Part shown: positions 11,310 to 22,390 of the stretch, in pieces | Layout of the letters: each line of letters begins with the position of its first letter | Position numbering within the stretch: position 1 is the stretch's first letter | Source of the DNA: Eledone cirrhosa | Lineage: Eukaryota | DNA length: 64,000 bases | Reading direction: 5' to 3' | Assembly: GCA_964016885.1 (NCBI GenBank) | Contig: OZ024745.1 | Coordinates: 94,736,001-94,800,000, forward strand | Made by a program: the position numbers and the translations under genes | The notes under the pieces: model-generated | What the model was told of the DNA's origin: nothing | The model's database searches: none | What the model saw: only the letters and a program-made list of their open reading frames with translations

Positions 11310-12382
11310 ATATATATATATCTGTAGGGTTTGCATCGGCTGTCGAAATGGACGTACACAGTTTCGATCCATACCGACAGTACTAATAGTCCATCCGGAA
11401 TCCCAAGTCTTACAAATAATTAACCACTCTTTATGCAGTATCAAAATAAAAACAAAACAAAACCTACGTGTATCGAATTGAATGTAATACGCGACGAATA
11501 GAGTCCGTTTGATCTGGAGGTAAAAATACGTAGAAGGTGATGTACAGAGAGGAAAATATTGTTTGGTGTTACCAGCCACAACAAAAAGGTGTGGAAGACA
11601 CTGAGACGAAAGAACGAGGGAATAGTCAGATATGTGCTGGTAAATAGGCAACTTAACAAAAGTAGAGAGAGAACTGCATGCGTTACATAAAAATATTGCA
11701 ATATTGACACACAGCCCCCTCTCTCTTCTTTGGTTAATGTCATACATTTAATTCTATACATGTAATATTAGCACATTTATTTCTATACATGCTATTATCA
11801 ACAGGTAAAATCATATAAATTTTGTTTTGCTTTCGTCTTTATACTCCAAGAACAGAGTTTGACTACATTGTCAGATATGTTTTATACTTGTAGTTAGCGA
11901 AAATACTTCTGCCGTTGATTTGAAGGCTTTATATATATATATATATATATATAGGCGAAGCTCATTTCCATGCTCTCATTCATATATATATAATTAATTG
12001 TTACAATAATTACTGTACTTAAACAGACTCATTAACTGCTTAATGAACACAACCACAAGGATATGGTCCGAACGTGGAAGAGCCGAACTCCTACTGTCAT
12101 CGCCTCCATCTCTCTCGCATTCCTCATCTCTCCGTATGGTGAACAAATGGGCTCTCATGTGCTGGCCTCCCCACAGCCCCGGCGGACAGAATGGAGAAGA
12201 CGTCTCCCCGGAAGATGGTAAGGGAGATGCGGCTCTGTCGGTTGCTGTAAAATCTGTACAACAATTTCAACGGCCGATAACTCGAGAATTTTATAACTTT
12301 TGTTGATATTGCCATATTACTCGTGATGCAGGCGCCTCCCACTTCTTTTATTTTATCAAGTTATATATACATATATGAATGT

Positions 12383-12442
<60 letters not shown>

Positions 12443-12902
12443 TTTTTATTGTGGGTGAATAGTGAGTCTTGTTACGCTGGAGTTTTTAATGTTTATCACA
12501 GGGTCATAAGACAAGAACTGTTTTTGTTTGATAACCCGATGATAAATAGGCGAAACTCCAGAGTAACAAGACTCACTATTCACCCTAAATAAAATTAATA
12601 TAAAAACTGTATTGAGTACTCCTTTCTCTCAGTTCGCAACCACACACACACATACACACATACATACACACACACAAACAAACAAACACAAACAAACACA
12701 CACAAACACACACTCACACACACATACATATATATACATACAAATATATATATATACACATTCATACACACATATATATCATCATCACCATCATCATATT
12801 TGAACTAGTACGTCAATATTTCAGTGATACGCCTATATTTCAGAGGGTTTACAAACATATTAGTTCCATATCTCGTTGTAGTTACGAAGCTGATGTAGAT
12901 AT

Positions 12903-13054
12903 GTCCCCAGTGCGTGACTGGTACTTTATTTTATCGACCCCGTAAGGATGAAAGGCAAAGTTAACCTCGTTGGGATTTAAACTCAAATCATAAAGGGCCG
13001 TAACTCTATGCTGCAAAGCATGGCGTCCGACCCTCTACCGATACTGCCAATCCA
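12903..13054 (-). mobile_element. tRNA-derived SINE, same family as 10803-11157
   Basis: Reverse complement of TGGATTGGCAGTATC...GAGGTTAACTTTGCCTTTCATCCTTACGGGGTCGATAAAATAAAGTACCAGT. Confidence 0.8.
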
Positions 13055-13059
13055 GCAAT

Positions 13060-13570
13060 ATCGTGGCCGTAGATCAGCTTTGGTGCTACCTCTTCCTGTG
13101 TTGAAGTACTTCACCTGTTAGATGGAGTCGACGTTCCCTGAAATTCTCACTTTTGAAAGGGTTCCTTCTAGACATTCGTTTGTCATGTGCTACTGCAATA
13201 TTACATGAAGCTCCACATGGGAAATCCTTGTGAAGTAACCACCAAGACTAGCTTTGTGAGTGTCCACGTCAGCTGCCATACAAGATTATTGATTCAACAG
13301 TGGTTTGGAACAACCTCATCTTTGTTTTTACTGACTCCCTTGATTTCCAGATTTCTTGCAATTTATGTCATGTTGTCCTTGCCATAGCTTACTTAGTTTT
13401 GATATCATTATCACAGCTGACCAACCACTTCTCTAGGTACCCATATTAAAAACAGTATTTGGCCTTGTAAGATTCCCTTTTCTCAGCTCAGCACCAACTG
13501 TCTGATTGAAGGTAATTTTCTTGGTTTTTGTCACATTTGTGTTAGGCGCGATCTCAGCAGCTGAAGTTTA
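13060..13570 (-). mobile_element. Possible decayed RTE-like RT fragment
   Basis: Only weak residual RT-like peptide (NVTKTKKI preceded by AAEI); no long ORF. Confidence 0.3.
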
Positions 13571-14149
13571 TTTATTTATAACCACTCTAAAGTTGGTTGT
13601 ATTTCAATGAATAGCAGTAAATATGAATACACGCAGATAACAACTAGACACACACATATACACAGTCTCATACACACATTTAATTAAATGCCATTAAGCG
13701 TTACTATCGAGCTTCTCCGATAAGACGCTCTGTCATTATCAGATCCTATGTAGAAAGAAACCTCTGCGTAGTTGATTAACGTTATGTCTCTCAACAGATC
13801 TTTGCTGTATCTGCAGTTTGTATCTTCTTGTCATCTGTGTGTAGTTAAGCGATTGTATGTAACTAATCCACAAATCAAGGTAGACAACACAAAGAAAAGA
13901 TGGCTCAGAGGAAAATAAGCATCATGTGCTATAACTTCCATACTTGAGTGTAACTGATCCTCTCGTGCACAACCGACACATTCAGAGACAAAGAAATGTA
14001 ACTGAGTAACCTGAAAGATAATAAAGAGGTTTGGTGTATATGCTTCACTAAATGTGTCGGGGAGCCAATACGCTTGACCGTAAGTCCTGGTCATTTTGGT
14101 GTTAGATTGTGTCCGGAGGAATATTTTAACATGTATATATATATATATA

Positions 14150-14341
14150 TAATAGGAACAAGTAAGACCCCGACGGCTGAGCTCAAGCCATTTCGACGGC
14201 TAATTCTGGAATTAGCCGTCGAAACGGCTTGAGCTCAGCCGTCGGGGTCTTACTTGTTCCTATTACCCACTCTACTACCCTAAGTATTGAGTACTTTGGT
14301 GCGTTATGGTCCACCTGGTTCCTTACCACTTTTCCTTCGTT
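14150..14341 (+). mobile_element. Fold-back Penelope-like fragment: 116-bp near-perfect palindrome plus unique tail
   Basis: 14150-14265 is palindromic about 14207-14208 with one arm mismatch. Contains the 3' half of a hammerhead, GAAACGGCT-TGAGCTC-AGCCGTC. Flanked by (TA)n. Confidence 0.7.
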
Positions 14342-14480
14342 ATATATATATATATATATATTAAAATAACAGATTGAAGTGTAAGCAAAGAATCGCTGCT
14401 TTCACCCTTAACGGGATCGCTTTACGGTTATATATATTTTATATATATATTCCTTATCGAAACCTTTTCAGATTTTAGTC

Positions 14481-14544
<64 letters not shown>

Positions 14545-14745
14545 AGACAAACCACATCAGAAACACAGACACTCCATCTCAATTTTACTTTTGAAAAGCA
14601 TAAGAACTGTGAAACCGATAAAGTAAATAAATAAATATTCTTAAAAGATTCCTGTTGCATTTTCAATTTCTTTTTCCTTATACATTCACTCGTATAGGAC
14701 ATCTAATTTTTTCTTTTTGTTTAAAAAAAAAATCATTCTCACAAT

Positions 14746-14746
14746 C

Positions 14747-14781
<35 letters not shown>

Positions 14782-14782
14782 C

Positions 14783-14874
<92 letters not shown>

Positions 14875-14875
14875 G
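14746..14875. repeat. (CA)n microsatellite
   Basis: Directly visible. Confidence 0.95.
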
Positions 14876-14879
14876 TATG

Positions 14880-15578
14880 TAAAAGGTAAACAGAAATAAC
14901 AACAGAGTCGGTACAGTATAGGAAGGGATATATTAGGTTAACGCTTGATATAGCAGGAAGAGGGTCTTAACGTTTCGGACGCTAGTCCTTCATCAGAAGA
15001 AAGAATGAGAAATAAGATAGATTGAGGGGACGGGCGTGATCTAATTGGAAAAAAAATGTCTTTAGATAAAAATAACAGGTCCATTCATGTTGACATCTTT
15101 TGCAAAACTGTTGGTGCTGGCGTTTTGTGTATGATTTATTTTTTTAGAAAAGTGGATGATGGAGCGCGTCTACTAAAATGGAAAAAAAATCGTTTGGTAA
15201 AAAGAGGTATACTTGAGCACGTGCGTATGCATGTGTTTGTGTGTGTGCGTGTGTTATTATACGTCCGTACGAAACTAAGAAGAAATGTGTGTGTATATGT
15301 GAGTAAAAGTGTGTGTCTGCATGTAAGTACGAAGCTATGAGCAAAAATAGGTTAATATAAGGGTGTGTATGTGTGTATACAGAGCAGTGAAGGGAAAAGT
15401 GGTGTGAACATGTATAGTCGGCATATGTTAGTGGTAAGAGAAGCTGCTAATGATCAAGAGAAAGCGATAGTAATCTAGGGGTGTGATTAGAGAAATTGGT
15501 GAGGTGAGTTGGGTCCAATAGGACCCAAGGCGGTGAATCAGACTTTGTTCACTCCTGGTGCGCGAGGCCTGTGATTCA
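14880..15578 (-). mobile_element. Penelope-like element 3' remnant (end of GIY-YIG ORF plus pLTR)
   Basis: Peptide SRTRSEQSLIHRLGS resembles the R..E...I..L.T C-terminus of Penelope GIY-YIG endonucleases; followed on the same strand by a minimal hammerhead. Confidence 0.65.
14965..15000 (-). ncRNA. Minimal type I hammerhead ribozyme (Penelope type)
   Basis: Minus strand reads TCTT-CTGATGA-A-GGAC-TAGC-GTCC-GAAA-CGTTA-AGA: canonical CUGAUGA/GAAA core, 4-bp stem II, palindromic AACGTT in place of stem III, short stem I. Confidence 0.8.
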
Positions 15579-15826
15579 TATGTAAATGCATATATATATA
15601 TATATATATATATATAAGTATGTATACGTACATACATATATGTATACAGACGTACAGTAGTATGTATATATATATGTGCATACATGCACACATATATATA
15701 TATGTACGTATGGATTCACCGAACATTTATTATAATGCTCGGTGTGTTTGTAAACAAACATCCCGAATTAAGCCGTACAGTGTCTAGCAACCATCGTTGC
15801 TCATTTGTTCAACACTGACAAAGGAA

Positions 15827-15867
15827 CGCTGTACTAGTTTCAAGCTTATTAGCTATCGTCAGCAACG
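15827..15867 (-). ncRNA. Minimal type I hammerhead ribozyme (inverted copy)
   Basis: Exact reverse complement of 16298-16338. Confidence 0.82.
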
Positions 15868-16297
15868 TATGCCTTCCTGCCAGATGATTGAACGTCTGAA
15901 AGTATATACTTTCCTTATGCATATTAACGGCTTAATATGCGCACTGTACTGCTTAATACGGGATGTTTGTTTACAAACACACCGAGCATTATAATAAATG
16001 TTCGGTGAATCCATACGTACTTATATATATATATATATATGTGTGCATGTATGTATATATATATATACATACTACTGTACGTCTGTATACATATATGTAT
16101 GTACGTGTACATACTTATATTTAAGTAACAGCCGTACTAAGAGTGGGAAATGAAATTTCGTTTCATTTTTTCCGTTTATCGTTTTCGGTACCCCGGCCGA
16201 TTAACTCACTCGATATGCAAATTAGGCTGCTCAGCCGTTAATATGCATAAGGAAAGTATATACTTTCAGACGTTCAATCATCTGGCAGGAAGGCATA

Positions 16298-16338
16298 CGT
16301 TGCTGACGATAGCTAATAAGCTTGAAACTAGTACAGCG
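16298..16338 (+). ncRNA. Minimal type I hammerhead ribozyme
   Basis: CGTTG-CTGACGA-T-AGCT-AATA-AGCT-T-GAAA-CTAGTA-CAGCG: stem I CGUUG/CAGCG, core CUGACGA and GAAA, palindromic ACUAGU stem III, GUA cleavage triplet. Confidence 0.85.
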
Positions 16339-16604
16339 TTCCTTTGTCAGTGTTGAACAAATGAGCAACGATGGTTGCTAGACACTGTACGGCTTAATTC
16401 GGGATGTTTGTTTACAAACACAACGAGCATTATAATAAATGTTCGGTGAATCCATACGTACTTATATATATGTGTGCATGTATGTATATATATATATACA
16501 TACTACTGTACCCCTGTATACATATATGTATGTACCTATACATACTTATATTTAAGTAAGAGCCGTACTAAGAGTGAGAAATGAAATTTCGTTTCATTTT
16601 TTCC

Positions 16605-16663
<59 letters not shown>

Positions 16664-16682
16664 TGTGTGTGTGTGTGTATGC

Positions 16683-16714
<32 letters not shown>

Positions 16715-16726
16715 ATGCATATATAT

Positions 16727-16967
16727 CTGTCGTCACTACCACAGAGGTCCGACGAGCTTTTGTTTCCAGATTCGGGCTAGCTCGATACAGATCGAACCTT
16801 GAGCTGACCAGTATCACCGACCAATAAACGTAATGAAGGAGTAATCACTCGTCCTTGTATTATTATATTACATTCTGTCTAGCTCTACATCTCGATACTG
16901 ACGTGCACCTAAACATCGAGTGTTCACCCTGGTGAACCTACAGTAACTCCGCGTTACACACTCTTGA
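16727..16967 (+). mobile_element. Second copy of the 9068-9320 pLTR family, without an inverted arm
   Basis: Aligns with 9054-9310 (GTCCGACGAGCTTTTG...GATCGAACCTTGAG...CATCGAGTG...GAACCTACAGTAAC); the GAAACGCGCG part is deleted. Confidence 0.7.
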
Positions 16968-17335
16968 TATATAGATAATATCAAAATTAAGTGAGAAGAA
17001 ACTCTATTCATGAGTGATAGACAAAAAAATATATATATTCTAACTAAACTCGTATATTATGTTTAGTTTTCTATACTTTACTCGTGAATATTTTAGTTCG
17101 TGTAGTAGTGATTAAATTTTCATGCGACGCATGTCTGTTTCGTTGGACAACATACTGGACTTTTATGCTTTTTATCCTTAGGATCGTTTATCTTATTTGA
17201 GTTTTTGTTTTCAATTTCACTTTTAATGCTCTCTTTGGCAATGTTACTTCCTTCTCCACCCTATCCTTTTGCTCTTGTGAAGCTGATATGTTTATGAAAC
17301 ATTTCGCTATAATAGAAGGCGGAGGTGCTTGGTCA

Positions 17336-17521
17336 CTAGCTTCTAGAGAGTGCTCTGGAGACTTGGGTCTGCTGTTGCCGTTCGTTTGTCTCAGCTACAT
17401 CTCTTCCACGTATCAAGCTATACAGGGCAAAATCACTTAACTGCTTTATTTCTATATCATCTATTACAACTCTGGTTTTGCATTGTCCTTTAGTCTTATG
17501 TCTTTTGAATGTGAATTTCAT
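17336..17521 (-). mobile_element. Possible RTE-like RT fragment
   Basis: Peptide IDDIEIKQLSDFALYSLI loosely resembles the RTE I.G..LEQV..F.YLGS.I region. Confidence 0.3.
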
Positions 17522-18625
17522 TTGGGCTAAACTCGCTTAGATTTCTGTGACCGTCTGCGGTCATAAAGGTTTGCAAATACACGGTGACGCCCCCCCCCCC
17601 TCCAACCACATGTCACTTCTAGTTATCTATGTACTTATCACCATGACATACTAAACAACAAAAGCGACAACGCGCAGATGGTCAATGATTGATCCTGTTT
17701 CCATGATTATTAAGTGGAACGATATAATGGAGAGCAAGCTTATGAACAGGCATTTTGAGTAAAATATTTGCTGCCACCCTATCTCAGACTCGGTCTTGAA
17801 GCTCAAACAGATAAAGCCTATACATTACCCATTTGTTTGTACCCGTCAGTGGTAGCATATTCATTTCTCAGAGCTCCCTTTATCTGGTCTTTTAATGACA
17901 CAAAGAAAGCGTTCTTCTTTTTGTGCAGCAAAGATAGGCCAATGTTTCCACTGGGCGCTCCTGAATAAATTATTCGGGCAATATTATATAGTTTTTACGC
18001 ATACAATATTGTCACTTGTCCACTCCGGATTGTGCTTTGTTCCTACTAAAACTCTTGACGTTGGCAGCAATGTTTTGCAAAACTGCAGTATCTTTCGCTT
18101 TGTGGAATTTGTGTCTGTTTCCGAGTGACAATGTTGTTTTGCTGCTGAATGAATACTCAAAAGCATTCAGGCTGTTAACAATTTCTCTGAAAATACAAAG
18201 TTCAAAGACTACCTGTGACTGGCAGCGTCGACGGAATTAAAAAAAAACAACTGTTTTGTTTTTCAGAGTCTCTTTTGACAGCAAGTTTGTTGGGGTGTGT
18301 GTTGTTGTTGTGATTAAGTGAGTCTTTACTATCTCTAACATTCATACTACGAACACTGACATTATTTTCTTTTCTTAAATATTTTGTATTTTTCTTTAAC
18401 AATGTTTCCGTCTATTTTTCTAGTTTTCTTTTTGTTTTTGTGTTTGAGCAAGGTATTTGTTTGTTTTAAGGTTGGTTTTAGCTTCAATTTTTTTGTTTAA
18501 TATAAAAAAAAAAGTTAAATAAACTGTTCACGAAATTCTCCTTTTTTGCTTGACAAAATTAGTGCACACCTTTTTTTTCTGAAATTTTAAATGAAATAAA
18601 TCGATAGTTTATCGACAACAACGAC

Positions 18626-18675
<50 letters not shown>

Positions 18676-18935
18676 TTTCTTTATTAACCACAAGGGTTTA
18701 CATAAAGTAGACATTAAGGACAGTGCAGGACAATGCAGGACAGTACAAATGGGCATTTCTGCGTGTAAAAAAACAAAAACAGAGGATGTAACAAAAATAA
18801 CAATGAAAATAACAATGAAAAATTCCCCAATAGGGGGGAGACTTCGGAGGGACATTTGTGGAGAAAGCCCAGTAAAAAGCCACAATGACCCTGACCACCA
18901 AGGCAAGTGCCCTCTCCCAGTTTTCCACCTTTAGT

Positions 18936-21900
18936 TTACAGATATATACTCAGAGTCGGCCCATTCACTCGGGCCATTCTTGCTTCTCTCACCCATCTTT
19001 CAACAAAATGCTGGGAAGAGAGCACTTCCCTCTCTACTCTGATTTTCCTTTTCAAATGAAATTTGAAAAAGTCAATCAGAGCATCACCGAAGAGGTAAGT
19101 GCTCGTCTTCAGCCCTTTCAAACGTGTCCACCATACTATCTCTTTCGCCATGGCCACCAGACAGATAAAAACTGCCTGCCCTTCCCGGCTAAAGGAGGAG
19201 GGCGGGGCAATCCTCACGATAGACTCAGATGATAGCTGGATCCGTCCTAAACGCGACAGCAGGTGTTCGACATAAACCCACAAGTCAGCAATTTTCGGAC
19301 ACTGGACGAGTGCGTGCAGGACGGTTTCGTCGCCCTGCGCGCATCTCGGACATGCCCGGCTGACGGCACCTCCATGCCTGTAGAGTTTATCCCGAACTGG
19401 CAAGGCTCCTCGGTAGCACTGCCAGGCCAGAGATTTCTGGAAGTTGTCCATAGGCCCTGGCCCGAAAGTTCTTCCGAAGAGATTGGCTAGTTGATTTTCG
19501 TCGACGCCTAGAGTTTCCCCAAGTACGTCGTCGCTCTTCCCCTCCACTAATCCTCTATAGAACGCCGAGGTGGAGTTTCCACCGATCACATTGCCCGATT
19601 GGTCGAGGGCTGTGAGCGCCTGAAGACATTCCAGTCTCCAGGCGCTTCCTCTCGGTCTTCGCTTGACCCAGGACTGCAGCTCCGTCAAGGAAACGAGCTG
19701 GGGAAAAACGCGTCTAGCAAACGGCGACCACACCTGATCACCGTCGAGGAAGAGGTGGAGATGTCGTAGCCTGAGCGCATGCCTGCGCATCATCAGCCAC
19801 GGCATGCCCAGCCCTCCACGTAGCGGGTGTTGACAACAGATGGACCGCCTGACCATCGGAGCACGTCCCATCCACAAAAAGCGAAAGAGCAAACGCTCCA
19901 GCGCAGTCAGGCGAGGCTTAGGACAAGGTACGACGGTTAGGCGGTAGCAGATGACAGACGCGATGTACGCGTTAGCCACCTCCGCTCGACCTTTCAGGGA
20001 TAGCTTCCTCTCCGCCCATTTCTGGGTGAGAGAAGCCACCCTGCTCGTCACCTCGTCCCAGTTTTTGTCCGTCTGGAGGTCCGGACCGAACCAGACCCCT
20101 AGCAATTTAACCGGTCCGTCCGTCCAGCGCCCGACGACGCTGTTGGACGGCATGGACCTGCCTCTCCAGGTGCCGAGCTGCAGGCCCACTGACTTTTCCT
20201 GGTTGATCATTGCTCCTGTCACCGCTTCGTATTCTCTTAGTGTAGTGCCGATCGCCTCGATGTGTTTGGCGTTCGACACCACTACGGTGACATCGTCCGC
20301 ATATGCTGACACGGATCTTCCGCATCCTAGTTCGCGCGGGACTCCCCTCAACGTCTCCAGTTTGTGCAGTAATGGCTCGAGAGTCAATACGTACAAGAGG
20401 GACGAGAGGGGACATCCTTGGCGGACCGAGCGCATGATGTTGAACGGTTCCGACAGGTGACCGTTCACTCTCACCACAGAGCAGATGTCGCTGTGCATGG
20501 CAGCGATCCAGCCTCTGAAGACGGGCCCAAAGCCAGCCGCCCTCAGGACTGCCGCTAGGTAACGATGGTCGACCCTATCGAAAGCTTTCGACTGATCTAA
20601 ATTGATCAAGGACCCACCCGTGCCAGGTTCCCTAGCTACCCTCTCTACGATGTATCGCATGAGGTGGAGGTTGTCGTGGATGGATCTGTCGGGAATGGCG
20701 CATGTCTGCGCCTCTCCCACCAGACCACCAACGACAAGCGCCAACCTCTTTGCTAGCACCTTGGCCAAAATCTTAAACTCTGTGTTTAGCAGAGTTATGG
20801 GCCGGAAATTGTCTATGTTATCCCCCTTGTTCGGATCCTTTCTCAGCAGTGCCACCGCTCCTCGGCTCACAGAACTGGGAATTCTCCCGTTCTGTTGCCA
20901 GTTGCAGTAGACGTCCGCCAAGAGGCCTCCGAACAAGTCTGGCATCTGTACGTAAAGTTCATAGGGCAGACCATCCAAACCAGGCGATTTACCCCTTGTG
21001 CAGCCAGTCATTGCCTCCCGTACTTCAGCGGCTGTTATCGGCTTTTCGCAACACTTCGCCTCAGTGGCCGAGAGCCGCGGCAGTCCGTCGAGGTAGACAC
21101 TAAAGTCCATCCCTCTACCCGGCCCCCCGCTGCCCCCGAACAGCTGAGCGAAGTGTCGCTGAAAAGCTTCACACATTTGCCCGGGATCGAGTAGCATGCG
21201 CCCGTCGTGGTCCACCAAAGACCGGATCGTGGCTTTGTTGCCACGACGCGCCTCCGCCACTCGGGCCCATTGAACGGCTTTCGTCCCCTCGTGTCTGAGA
21301 GCACGCACCCTAGCTCTGACAACACAGCCTTCGTGCTTTGCATTGAAAAATTGGTCAAGGGCCAATTTCGCCGCAAGCACGTCGGTCGCAATGCCTTTGC
21401 TAAGCGCCTCGTCTAATTTTCTAACTAGTTCTCCCTCTGCTCTATTTTTCTCTATTGCTAAAGCCTTACTAAACCTAATCGATTCTATTCTAATCGCTCT
21501 TTTCAGAGCAAACCACCACTTGTTGTTGACGATGGCCCCCGTCAACGCCCGCTTAACTAGTTCGCTAATCCGGTCTCTGTAGGCCTTGCGCGCTGGTAAG
21601 GACGCGTTTAGCTTCCAGTAGCCGGGTCCTCGTCTATGAAGCCTATCTAAGTCAAGCACACAGGTCACGAATTTGTGGTCCGTGTAGCTGACTATCTTGA
21701 ATTGTGGACAGCCTATGCTAGACCTATCTATTTCCCTACAAAATACTCTATCTAGATATGATCTGGATGACCCTATGCGGTTTGTCCAAGTCCACATTGT
21801 CACATTCGGGAAATCCAATCGGTACCTGTCAGACAGTTCAAAACGCCTGAGCAGGTTGGTGAGGCTCTTGCACCCTCCACCCCTATCCGCTAATCCCACA

Positions 21901-22355
21901 CAGTCCCAGCGTGCATCTAAGATCCCGTTCCAGTCGCCCACTAACACTAAAGAGCGGGACGTTCCAAGAAAGGTCTCCAGACGCCGGAAGAAATCAGGCC
22001 GCCCTGCTCCTGTCGGGGCATAGACGGCCACTAGCCTGAAAGCTTGCCCGTCTCCGCTGGTCACGTCCAGCACCACCAGCTTACCCTCTGGGTCCAGGAA
22101 GATGGCCCGTATGGCGAGATCCAAACCTCTCCGAAAAAGCACAGCAACTCCTCCACCCGATCCAGGACGGCTGGGAGATGCGTACACATCGTAGCCGCCG
22201 AAGATCGGTGCGAAGGCCCGTGCTTCGGAGATTCTGGTCTCGCTGATGGCCACTACATCTATGTTTAGTGACCTGAGGTCGTTGAGCAGGTGACCCTGCT
22301 TCCATGACGACCCCAAGCCACGCGCATTTATGCTGCCTATTCTGAGTGAGGTCAT
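18936..22355 (-). CDS. ORF2: APE-type endonuclease + reverse transcriptase + C-terminal CCHC (Tx1-type)
   Basis: 1139 aa. EN motifs NARGL, ISET, VYAP, GDWN, LDR, TDH; RT motifs KSPGLDG, NFRPITL, LDQSKAFDRV, RQGCPLS, YADD; CPRC..ETVLHALVQC. Confidence 0.96.
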   Translation of the reverse strand: MTSLRIGSINARGLGSSWKQGHLLNDLRSLNIDVVAISETRISEARAFAPIFGGYDVYASPSRPGSGGGVAVLFRRGLDLAIRAIFLDPEGKLVVLDVTSGDGQAFRLVAVYAPTGAGRPDFFRRLETFLGTSRSLVLVGDWNGILDARWDCVGLADRGGGCKSLTNLLRRFELSDRYRLDFPNVTMWTWTNRIGSSRSYLDRVFCREIDRSSIGCPQFKIVSYTDHKFVTCVLDLDRLHRRGPGYWKLNASLPARKAYRDRISELVKRALTGAIVNNKWWFALKRAIRIESIRFSKALAIEKNRAEGELVRKLDEALSKGIATDVLAAKLALDQFFNAKHEGCVVRARVRALRHEGTKAVQWARVAEARRGNKATIRSLVDHDGRMLLDPGQMCEAFQRHFAQLFGGSGGPGRGMDFSVYLDGLPRLSATEAKCCEKPITAAEVREAMTGCTRGKSPGLDGLPYELYVQMPDLFGGLLADVYCNWQQNGRIPSSVSRGAVALLRKDPNKGDNIDNFRPITLLNTEFKILAKVLAKRLALVVGGLVGEAQTCAIPDRSIHDNLHLMRYIVERVAREPGTGGSLINLDQSKAFDRVDHRYLAAVLRAAGFGPVFRGWIAAMHSDICSVVRVNGHLSEPFNIMRSVRQGCPLSSLLYVLTLEPLLHKLETLRGVPRELGCGRSVSAYADDVTVVVSNAKHIEAIGTTLREYEAVTGAMINQEKSVGLQLGTWRGRSMPSNSVVGRWTDGPVKLLGVWFGPDLQTDKNWDEVTSRVASLTQKWAERKLSLKGRAEVANAYIASVICYRLTVVPCPKPRLTALERLLFRFLWMGRAPMVRRSICCQHPLRGGLGMPWLMMRRHALRLRHLHLFLDGDQVWSPFARRVFPQLVSLTELQSWVKRRPRGSAWRLECLQALTALDQSGNVIGGNSTSAFYRGLVEGKSDDVLGETLGVDENQLANLFGRTFGPGPMDNFQKSLAWQCYRGALPVRDKLYRHGGAVSRACPRCAQGDETVLHALVQCPKIADLWVYVEHLLSRLGRIQLSSESIVRIAPPSSFSREGQAVFICLVAMAKEIVWWTRLKGLKTSTYLFGDALIDFFKFHLKRKIRVEREVLSSQHFVERWVREARMARVNGPTLSIYL

Positions 22356-22390
22356 GTTTAAAATAGAGTGGAAAAGATGGGAAAGACCAC

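Larger units (their letters stand above)
15613..16608 (+). mobile_element. Non-coding Penelope-like element: inverted pLTR (15613-15932), partial pLTR (15942-16179), full pLTR (16180-16608)
   Basis: 15613-15932 is the near-identical reverse complement of ~16233-16550; 15942-16179 directly repeats ~16383-16608; carries hammerheads; flanked by (TA)n. Confidence 0.75.

Noticed and set aside
11320-11900. 183-aa minus-strand ORF or another hammerhead element
   Set aside because: The ORF crosses a TA tract and a pLTR fragment, and I found no intact CUGANGA/GAAA pair.
13715-13746. Possible hammerhead on the minus strand (CTGATAA-TGAC-AGAGC-GTC)
   Set aside because: Core deviates from CUGANGA and no GAAA follows stem II.
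7400-16820. Short ORFs rich in YI, HT or CV repeats
   Set aside because: Translations of (TA)n and (CA)n microsatellites.
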